From Candidatus Hydrogenedentota bacterium (GTDB lineage Bacteria; Hydrogenedentota; Hydrogenedentia; Hydrogenedentales; SLHB01): 64,000 bases of DNA. Under the pieces are notes generated by a model that saw only the letters and a program-made list of their open reading frames with translations, was not told the origin of the DNA and made no database searches. Position numbers and translations under genes: made by a program. Where the stretch lies: positions 384,001 through 448,000 of the forward strand of contig CAXXYE010000004.1 of assembly GCA_963674865.2 (NCBI GenBank). The letters are read 5' to 3'. Shown here in pieces: positions 56,964 to 64,000 of the stretch; positions within the stretch are counted from its first letter, which is position 1; each line of letters starts with the position of its first letter.

Positions 56964-57751
56964 GTGAACGCCTGAGCGGAAAGAAGGCCGTCGTCACGGG
57001 CGCCGCCCAAGGGCTCGGGGCGGCTATCGTCGAGCGTCTGGCCATCGAGGGATGCGATGTGGTGGCCTGGGATATCAACGAGGAACAGGTTTCCAATACC
57101 GCCAAAACGCTGTCAGCGAAGACCGGCCGGCGAATCCTGCCTATGGCGTTGGATGTTACCGACGCGGAGCGAGTGCGTCAGTGTATGGACGCGTCGGCCG
57201 AGCAGCTTGGCGGACTCGACGTGTGCGTAGCCAATGCGGGTATCCTGGTATCGGGCGACTCCATCGAGTTCGACATCGCCGCCTGGCGGAAGGTCGTCGA
57301 AGTGAACCTGGTCGGCTACTTCATTTGCGCACGCGAGGCGATCCGCGTGATGCTGCCTCAACGCAAGGGCTCGGTTGTCCAGATTAACTCGAAGTCGGGC
57401 AAGGTGGGCAGCTACCGCAACAGCGTCTACGTGGCGTCTAAATTCGGCGGCATCGGCGTGACTCAGAGCCTGGCTCTCGAGTACGCCGAAGCGAATATCC
57501 GCGTGAATGCCGTATGCCCAGGCAATCTGCTCGACTCGCCCCTTTGGGTGGACAGTCTGTACAAGCAGTACGCCGAGAACCAGGGAGTCTCCGAGGAGGA
57601 GATCCGGCAGCGCTACATCGAGAAAGTGCCTATGAAACGCGGGTGTCACTACGATGATGTCACCAACGTCGTCGTCTTCCTCGCTTCCGATGAATCCACC
57701 TACATCACGGGCGAAGCCGTCAACGTGACGGGTGGGCAAGTGATGCACTGA
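56960..57751 (+). CDS. srlD: Sorbitol-6-phosphate 2-dehydrogenase (SDR)
   Basis: TGAAQGLG, QINSKSGKVGS, YVASKFGG, PGNLLDSPLW. Confidence 0.85.
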   Translation: MSERLSGKKAVVTGAAQGLGAAIVERLAIEGCDVVAWDINEEQVSNTAKTLSAKTGRRILPMALDVTDAERVRQCMDASAEQLGGLDVCVANAGILVSGDSIEFDIAAWRKVVEVNLVGYFICAREAIRVMLPQRKGSVVQINSKSGKVGSYRNSVYVASKFGGIGVTQSLALEYAEANIRVNAVCPGNLLDSPLWVDSLYKQYAENQGVSEEEIRQRYIEKVPMKRGCHYDDVTNVVVFLASDESTYITGEAVNVTGGQVMH

Positions 57752-57767
57752 GAGTACAAGCGTACCT

Positions 57768-58829
57768 ATGGGCGACCCAGCGGAAACAGAGACGAAAGAC
57801 GACGCCGCAGCGGCCAAGTCAGAGGGCGAAAGGGCAGCCCTGCAGCCGTGCAGCTATGTGGATTCCGCGGGTGCCCCGTGTCGGTTCAAAGCACTTCGGG
57901 GCAAGGACCTATGCTTTTGGCACGATCCCGAGGTGTCGAAGACGGGGCCGCTTGTCGGCCCGCTGCTGGATCGACTGGCTGGCGAGAACGTCAACCTTGA
58001 GGGCTTCCAGCTACAAGACGTCGATCTGGAGTGCCGCCGTCTGCCGCAAGCTCTGATGGTTCGGACCAACCTGCGCGGCGCACGGTTGTTCAGGGCTCAT
58101 CTCGAAGGGGCTCACCTCTTCGACGCGGACCTGACCGGGGCATCTCTCTTCAAAGCGCACCTCTCCGGCGCCAATCTTCGGTCCGCAGACCTCACGGATG
58201 CTAACCTGTTGGGCGCCAACCTGAAAGGCACCAAACTGGAGGGGGTGCAGCTCGGAAAAGGCCACAAGGTTGCCAATGAGCGGGAGGGGGATGAGCACAG
58301 GCGCAAAGGGAATCGCGAGAAGGCTGTAAAGCACTGGCATGAGGCGGAGGAGATCTACCTCGCTCTGCTCAACAACTATCGCGAGGCCGGCCGCCACGAC
58401 GAAGCGAGTGAGCTCTTCTACCGGTTCAAGACGGCCCGCCGCAAGATCATGCCGCCCTTCACCGCCGCGCGCTGGGCCTCGGGATTCATGAATATTCTCT
58501 GCGGCTATGGCGAGAAACCCATCCGGGTCATTCTGGCTTGGCTTGTTCTTATTGCGTTCAGCTCGTTTTTCTTCTTCTTTCTCGGGTTGCTGGACGCAGA
58601 CGGGAACCTCGTTATCTTTGACGCCAGTCAGGATATCCTCACCAACCTGCGCGCCTATGCCGCGAGCTTCTACTTCAGCATTATTACAATGACAACAACG
58701 GGTTACGGAGATCTTACGCCTACACCGGGACTATGCGGGACGCGCAGTTTCGCCGCCGTTGAGGCCTTTGCCGGATCGTTCCTCACGGCCGTCTTTGTCC
58801 TTGTCTTCGCCCGAAAAATGATGCGCTGA
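57768..58829 (+). CDS. Pentapeptide-repeat protein fused to a two-TM potassium channel domain
   Basis: A(H/N/D)LxG pentapeptide repeats; CGYGEKP; TMTTTGYGD filter. Confidence 0.85.
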   Translation: MGDPAETETKDDAAAAKSEGERAALQPCSYVDSAGAPCRFKALRGKDLCFWHDPEVSKTGPLVGPLLDRLAGENVNLEGFQLQDVDLECRRLPQALMVRTNLRGARLFRAHLEGAHLFDADLTGASLFKAHLSGANLRSADLTDANLLGANLKGTKLEGVQLGKGHKVANEREGDEHRRKGNREKAVKHWHEAEEIYLALLNNYREAGRHDEASELFYRFKTARRKIMPPFTAARWASGFMNILCGYGEKPIRVILAWLVLIAFSSFFFFFLGLLDADGNLVIFDASQDILTNLRAYAASFYFSIITMTTTGYGDLTPTPGLCGTRSFAAVEAFAGSFLTAVFVLVFARKMMR

Positions 58830-59016
58830 GTTCGCGTTTCCAGGGCGTTTCACGCCAACTTACGACGGCCCTCACCTTGCTAAGATCTTACTAATAGAAC
58901 TCTTGCGTGCTGTTTCATAATGTTTCGCCAGGTGCCGGCGGTTGCCTCCCGCTCTAAGTGTTCTTCGGCGGCATGTTTGCCTTGCCGTTGAGGCGCCGTA
59001 GGCGGCGCTGGCAGAC

Positions 59017-59043
59017 TAAAGTTTCGGAAGGTTATGACGATAA
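59017..59043 (+). promoter_or_regulatory. Sigma28 promoter
   Basis: TAAAGTTT-N11-GACGATAA. Confidence 0.75.
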
Positions 59044-59094
59044 AAATCAGCAGTAGGGGTAGAAAAAGGAGATCCCGACGCAGAAAGGAGGCCT

Positions 59095-59289
59095 ATGATG
59101 TCTGGCATGACAGCAGTAGGCGGCGTCGGGGCCGCTCTGAGCCAGGCTCGAATCCAGGCCGACTATCAGGTGCGTGTGCTGAAGGAACAGCAGGCTGCAA
59201 CTGAGGATCTGGGATCAGCGGCGTTGGAATTGATACAACGTGCTTTATCGTTCGAGCCAACACAGCACGACCTCGACGTCACAGCCTAG
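59095..59289 (+). CDS. YjfB-like putative motility protein
   Basis: QVRVLKEQQ...AALELIQ...HDLDVTA; AAAGGAGG RBS; sigma28 promoter. Confidence 0.75.
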   Translation: MMSGMTAVGGVGAALSQARIQADYQVRVLKEQQAATEDLGSAALELIQRALSFEPTQHDLDVTA

Positions 59290-59672
59290 GACTCAGATGA
59301 TACTCCTTTGAGGGAGGTGTCCGCACGGAGGCGGCGCCTCCCAACCCTTTTGTAGGGGGGGAAGTGTACAGCGTCAGGGGGAGTTTCGACGTAGCCCTTG
59401 GCCGCCTCTCCTCTAGCGATCGCCAAATGCTCGCCTAACATCGCGCCCAGCGCCCGGTGGAGCTCCCTCGGCTCGATGATCAAGCTCCGAGAAGAGCGGC
59501 GTTGGCCTCGTCCGGCGGGCCCGATTACCTTGTGCCTTGGAGTGATATCGGCGCTCCCTAATTGACTTGTTTCGGATAAGGGCCGTATCATACCGCCTTC
59601 AATACGTCTCAACGTTCTCCCGTGCGCTGTGTAGTTGCACATATCCGGAGCAGACGATTCCAGAGGGCGGGG

Positions 59673-60431
59673 ATGGGCAAGGTCATCGCGATAGCCAATC
59701 AGAAGGGCGGGGTCGGCAAGACCACCACCGCCGTGAATCTAGCCGCCTGCATCGCCGCCGCCGGCCGGCGGGTACTGCTGGTCGACCTCGACCCTCAGGG
59801 CAACGCCACAAGTGGCTTGGGCATCGACAAGAACGGACTCGAGCACACGCTTTACGACGTCTTGCTCAACAATACACCCGTCGCGACAGCCTACCACACT
59901 ACACTGATGGAACACCTCACGCTGCTTCCGTCGAACAAGCAACTCGTGGGGGCGGAGGTGGAACTTGTCGATGCGCAGGGCCGGGAGTTCTACCTGTGGC
60001 GAGTTCTCAGCAATGCCAAAGAAAACTTCGACTTCGTGTTCATCGACTGCCCGCCGTCTCTGAGTCTGCTCACCCTCAACGGTTTGGTCGCGGCCGATGC
60101 GACACTCATTACGCTGCAATGCGAGTACTACGCGCTCGAAGGCTTGAGCGAATTGCTCCAGACCCTTAAACTGGTGCGGGATCGTTTGAATCCAAGGCTG
60201 CGATTGCACGGCGTGCTTATGACCATGTACCAACACACGAATCTGGCGGCCCAGGTCATCGCCGACGTCCGTAAGCACCTCGGGGCCAAGGTCTTCGAGA
60301 GTGTGATTCCTCGCAACGTGCGTCTCAGTGAGGCGCCGAGTTTCGGCAAACCGATCATCTTCTACGACCTGAAATCGGCGGGAGCGCGCGCGTATATGGC
60401 GCTCGCGCGGGAGGTGCTATCACGTGGCTAA
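59673..60431 (+). CDS. parA: Chromosome partitioning ATPase ParA/Soj
   Basis: NQKGGVGKTTT, DLDPQGNATSG, DCPPSL, IPRNVRLSEAPSFG. Confidence 0.96.
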   Translation: MGKVIAIANQKGGVGKTTTAVNLAACIAAAGRRVLLVDLDPQGNATSGLGIDKNGLEHTLYDVLLNNTPVATAYHTTLMEHLTLLPSNKQLVGAEVELVDAQGREFYLWRVLSNAKENFDFVFIDCPPSLSLLTLNGLVAADATLITLQCEYYALEGLSELLQTLKLVRDRLNPRLRLHGVLMTMYQHTNLAAQVIADVRKHLGAKVFESVIPRNVRLSEAPSFGKPIIFYDLKSAGARAYMALAREVLSRG

Positions 60432-61308
60432 TCCGAAGAAGAGGGGCCTCGGCAAGGGATTGGGCGCGCTCATCTCCGACATAGGGGACGCGCCTGAATC
60501 AACGCGGGAACCCGCGGCAGTACCTCAAGGCGATCACCAGGTGCTTGAACTCGATCCAAGCACCATCAAGCCCAATCCGCACCAGCCGCGCACCCACTTC
60601 GACGAGGCCGCGCTGCAGGAACTGGCCGAATCGGTGAAACTCGACGGTGTGCAAGAGCCGATCATCGTCCGTGAACGCGGAGGCCACTATGAGTTGGTAA
60701 CGGGTGAACGTCGTGTCCGGGCATGCATCATGGCCGGTTTGGATACGGTCCCGGCCATCTGCCGCGAGGTCTCCGACAGCGACATGCTGAAGCTGGGGCT
60801 CATCGAGAATATCCAGCGCGAGAACCTCAACGCCATGGAGACGGCCCGCGGCTATCATCGCCTCATCGAGGAGTTCCACTGGACGCAGGAAGAACTGGCA
60901 CGGCAGGTAGGTAAGAATCGAGTCACCGTGGCTAACATGCTGCGCCTTATCAACCTGCCGGGCGACGTGCAGGCCCGCGTCGAGGACGGCTCGATTACCA
61001 TGGGCCACGCGCGTGCGCTGCTCGCCTTTCCATCGGCCGAGAGGCAGAGTGCGGTGTGCCGGAAGATCGTTGCGGACGGCCTGTCCGTGCGCCAAGTCGA
61101 GAAGATGGCCTCGCCGCCCGCGCCAAAGGCCAAGCAGGCTGCGCCGAAGGATCCGCATCTGGCCAGCATCGAGGATCGCCTCCGCCGCCGCTTTGGCACG
61201 CGAGTCAATATCCGTGCCTCGGGGAAGAAGAAGGGCAAGATCGTCATCGACTACTTCAACCTGGATGACCTCGAACGCATCCTCGAAGTGCTCGGCGAGA
61301 GCAACTGA
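60424..61308 (+). CDS. parB: Chromosome partitioning protein ParB/Spo0J
   Basis: RGLGKGLGALI, PNPHQPR, GERRVRA, ENIQRENL. Confidence 0.96.
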   Translation: MANPKKRGLGKGLGALISDIGDAPESTREPAAVPQGDHQVLELDPSTIKPNPHQPRTHFDEAALQELAESVKLDGVQEPIIVRERGGHYELVTGERRVRACIMAGLDTVPAICREVSDSDMLKLGLIENIQRENLNAMETARGYHRLIEEFHWTQEELARQVGKNRVTVANMLRLINLPGDVQARVEDGSITMGHARALLAFPSAERQSAVCRKIVADGLSVRQVEKMASPPAPKAKQAAPKDPHLASIEDRLRRRFGTRVNIRASGKKKGKIVIDYFNLDDLERILEVLGESN

Positions 61309-61391
61309 TCCGTCTTCGCGGCCGGGCCTCATGCGCATGGCGCGCGGTAGGTTATAGATTTCACCTAAGAGAACCGGAAGGATAAACGTGC

Positions 61392-62666
61392 ATGTTGGAC
61401 ATCAAGCTTCTTCGTGACGATCCCGAGGCCATACTCGCCGCCCTCGAAAGGCGCAACAACCCCCTGGATATTGCCCCCATCCTTGCACTTGACGAATCCC
61501 GCCGCGCGCTTGTCTACGAGGCCGAGCAGCTTCGCGCGGAGCAGAACCGGGCGTCCGGGGAGATAGCCAAGCTAAAGAAAGCGAAGCAGGACGCGTCCGC
61601 CGCCATCGCCGCGATGAAGGAGGTAAGCGATAAGGTCAAGGCTCTCAACGAGCAGGTGAAACAGGCGAATGATGAATTGCGCAGCCAACTCCTTATCGTG
61701 CCCAATATGCCGCACGAGTCCGTCCCCGTGGGTGCTGACGAGTCGGCGAACCGCTTGGAGCGTACGTGGGGAGAGGCGCCTGCACTCGACTTCGAGCCCA
61801 AAGACCATGTTGACATAGGCACGGGCCTGGACATACTCGACCTTGACCGCGCGGCAAAGATCTCCGGGGCGCGGTTCAGCTTGCTCCGGGGCGCGGGCTC
61901 GCGTCTGTCGCGGGGGTTGGTTCAGTTCATGCTTGATACGCACACCCAGGAGCACGGCTACACCGAGTTCCTGCCGCCTTTCCTCGTGAGTTCCGAGACG
62001 ATGGAGGGGTCGGGGCAACTCCCGAAGTTTGCCCAAGAGGCGTTCTGTGTCCGAGATCGAGACCTTTGGCTGGTGCCCACGGCCGAGGTGCCTCTCACCA
62101 ACATCCACCGCGATGAGATTGTGTCCGGCGACGACCTTCCTCTGAAGTACACGGCCTACACACCTTGCTTCCGCAGCGAGGCCGGCTCGCACGGCAAGGA
62201 TACGCGCGGCATGCTCCGCCAGCATCAGTTCGATAAGGTGGAGTTGTACAAGTTCACGACACCGGAGCAGTCATGGGATGAACTTGAGTCCCTGACCGCC
62301 AACGCCGAAGCCATTCTCCAGAAGCTCGGCCTGCACTACCGCGTGGTGGCCTTGTCGACGGGTGACATGGGTTTTTCGGCCGCGAAGACGTACGACCTCG
62401 AAGTCTGGCTACCGGGCCAGGATACATACCGCGAGATCAGCTCCTGCTCGAATTGTACGGACTTCCAGGCGCGCCGGGCGAATATCCGCTTCCGCCGCGA
62501 CAAGAAGCCGGAATTCGTACACACCCTTAATGGGTCGGGACTTGCCGTCGGACGCACGCTGATTGCCGTTCTCGAGAACTACCAGCAGAAGGACGGCTCG
62601 GTGGTGCTCCCCGAGGCGCTGCGGCCTTACATGGGCGGACTGGAAGTGCTGGAACCGGCACAGTGA
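61392..62666 (+). CDS. serS: Serine--tRNA ligase
   Basis: [38 protein letters not shown]. Confidence 0.97.
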   Translation: MLDIKLLRDDPEAILAALERRNNPLDIAPILALDESRRALVYEAEQLRAEQNRASGEIAKLKKAKQDASAAIAAMKEVSDKVKALNEQVKQANDELRSQLLIVPNMPHESVPVGADESANRLERTWGEAPALDFEPKDHVDIGTGLDILDLDRAAKISGARFSLLRGAGSRLSRGLVQFMLDTHTQEHGYTEFLPPFLVSSETMEGSGQLPKFAQEAFCVRDRDLWLVPTAEVPLTNIHRDEIVSGDDLPLKYTAYTPCFRSEAGSHGKDTRGMLRQHQFDKVELYKFTTPEQSWDELESLTANAEAILQKLGLHYRVVALSTGDMGFSAAKTYDLEVWLPGQDTYREISSCSNCTDFQARRANIRFRRDKKPEFVHTLNGSGLAVGRTLIAVLENYQQKDGSVVLPEALRPYMGGLEVLEPAQ

Positions 62667-63409
62667 ACGAGGATCCCCTCGAAAGGGCGGCCGCCGCCTT
62701 GGCTGCCGCCAAGTGCGCCATCGCCGTTACAGGCGCGGGGATTTCGACGGAGAGCGGCATCCCTGATTTTCGCAGCGCCCACGGTATCTGGGCTCAGTAT
62801 CCCCCCGAGGAGTATGCCGGTATCCAGAACTTCCTCGACGATCCGCCAAAGATATGGCGGTTCTGGTGTGAAGTGGGGGAGATGGCCAAGGATTGCGGGC
62901 CGAATCCGGGCCATTATGCCCTGGCTGAACTTGAGCAGATGGACTTGCTTCGCGCCGTGATCACGCAGAATATCGACAATCTCCATCAGGAGGCGGGGAG
63001 CAGTCGCGTGGTGGAGTATCACGGCAATGCGCACTGGATGCGCTGCATGGAGTGTGGACAGCGCTCTCCTCTCGATCTCGACAAGGCAGGCGGGCGCCCT
63101 CCTTGGTGTCCTTGCGGGGGACTGATGAAGCCGGACATCGTGATGTTCGGCGAGATGATCCCACCGGATGCCATGGCCGAAGCCGACGGCTTTGCCCGCA
63201 GGGCCGACGTCGTGCTTGTGGTAGGCACATCGGCGCAGGTTTATCCTGCCGCGAGCCTGCCAAGCACAGCCAAGCGTCACGGAGCCTTCATCATAGAGGC
63301 CAACCTGAGTGAGACTGTCCTGACACGCACCATCACGGACGCCTTCCTCCATGGCCCAGCCGGCACCACCCTCCCGGAACTCGTCCAGCGCGTCAAAGCG
63401 ACGGCATAG
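62663..63409 (+). CDS. cobB: NAD-dependent protein deacylase (sirtuin)
   Basis: [38 protein letters not shown]. Confidence 0.93.
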   Translation: MNEDPLERAAAALAAAKCAIAVTGAGISTESGIPDFRSAHGIWAQYPPEEYAGIQNFLDDPPKIWRFWCEVGEMAKDCGPNPGHYALAELEQMDLLRAVITQNIDNLHQEAGSSRVVEYHGNAHWMRCMECGQRSPLDLDKAGGRPPWCPCGGLMKPDIVMFGEMIPPDAMAEADGFARRADVVLVVGTSAQVYPAASLPSTAKRHGAFIIEANLSETVLTRTITDAFLHGPAGTTLPELVQRVKATA

Positions 63410-63424
63410 GGCTCTCGTCCGGCA

Positions 63425-64000
63425 CTATGCCAGTGCCGAAGCGACCTTCTTGATGGCGGCAATGACCCACTCGACATGGTGGTCTTCATAACGCTGGGTG
63501 ATGCCGATGAGCACCGTTCGCCCGAGGATGTCGAGCGTGCGCGGACACATGTCGGGCGTGTACGTGCGATCCTGATCGTGTGCGGGCGAGGTCCAGGGCC
63601 GGCCGAGCGGATCGGACGAGAACTTGTCCATCACGTATTCCCAATAGCGGTAGATATGACGATCCGGGAATCCCTCGTCGTACATGCTTCCGGCGGGAAT
63701 GCCTTCCGCCTTGAGCGCTTCGCCGAAGCGTCTTGCTTTGTCACCGGAATCGAGAAGGAATGCGGCCGTGATGCCGCAATCGCCCTCGGGACAGGCGGAC
63801 TGGTGAGGCTGAATTCCCGGTAGATCGGCGATGGCCTCGCAGATCTGTTTCTTAACGGCCCGTGTTCGCGCCAGAATGCCCGCCACGCGTCCGTATTGAA
63901 CGCATCCCAAGGCGCCTTCCATCTCGTTGAGGCGGAAGTTCTCCCCGGGGAAGGGGCGCACGGTTGTATCCTCCGGCTTCCAGAAAATCATCGCCGAGTC
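63425..64000 (-). CDS. DegT/DnrJ/EryC1/StrS aminotransferase, C-terminal part (start lies beyond window end)
   Basis: GENFRLNEMEGALG, ALKAEGI, MCPRTLDIL, AAIKKV. Confidence 0.78.
   Translation of the reverse strand, partial: DSAMIFWKPEDTTVRPFPGENFRLNEMEGALGCVQYGRVAGILARTRAVKKQICEAIADLPGIQPHQSACPEGDCGITAAFLLDSGDKARRFGEALKAEGIPAGSMYDEGFPDRHIYRYWEYVMDKFSSDPLGRPWTSPAHDQDRTYTPDMCPRTLDILGRTVLIGITQRYEDHHVEWVIAAIKKVASALA

Noticed and set aside
58866..58881. CGGCCCTCACCTTGCT as a sigma54 promoter
   Set aside because: Weak -24 match; the downstream gene is better explained by the sigma28 site

Overview
GC-rich (~60% by eye) chromosomal window from a diderm, flagellated bacterium. The gene repertoire is reminiscent of Candidatus Hydrogenedentes/PVC-like lineages (inference only). 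Housekeeping genes: rsmB, fmt, ybaB, aroK, cysS, ftsY, sppA, tadA, parA, parB, serS, cobB. Flagellar genes: a fliM-fliN/Y-fliA-hyp-hyp-fliK-flhB-like cluster, a PilZ/YcgR-like protein, and four tandem 271-aa flagellins followed by flaG. Also present are carbohydrate and sulfate enzymes, an ECF sigma/anti-sigma operon, a group-2 sigma, a polyol/ketose-phosphate operon and a doubly frameshifted DegT-family aminotransferase. Highlights: (1) the four flagellins are equal in length and mosaic, and each has its own CsrA-type ANGGA hairpin plus ANGGA Shine-Dalgarno; (2) three sigma28-like promoters outline a regulon that includes a B12 radical-SAM gene convergent with a TPR-glycosyltransferase, a candidate flagellin-modification module; (3) a stand-alone 1224-aa Type IIG-like restriction-modification gene sits between flanks sharing direct and inverted REP-like repeats; (4) an orphan ~120-nt structured non-coding element at 42.5 kb may be an IS110-type end (bridge-RNA-like) without a recombinase. 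No rRNA, tRNA, CRISPR array or intact transposase was found.
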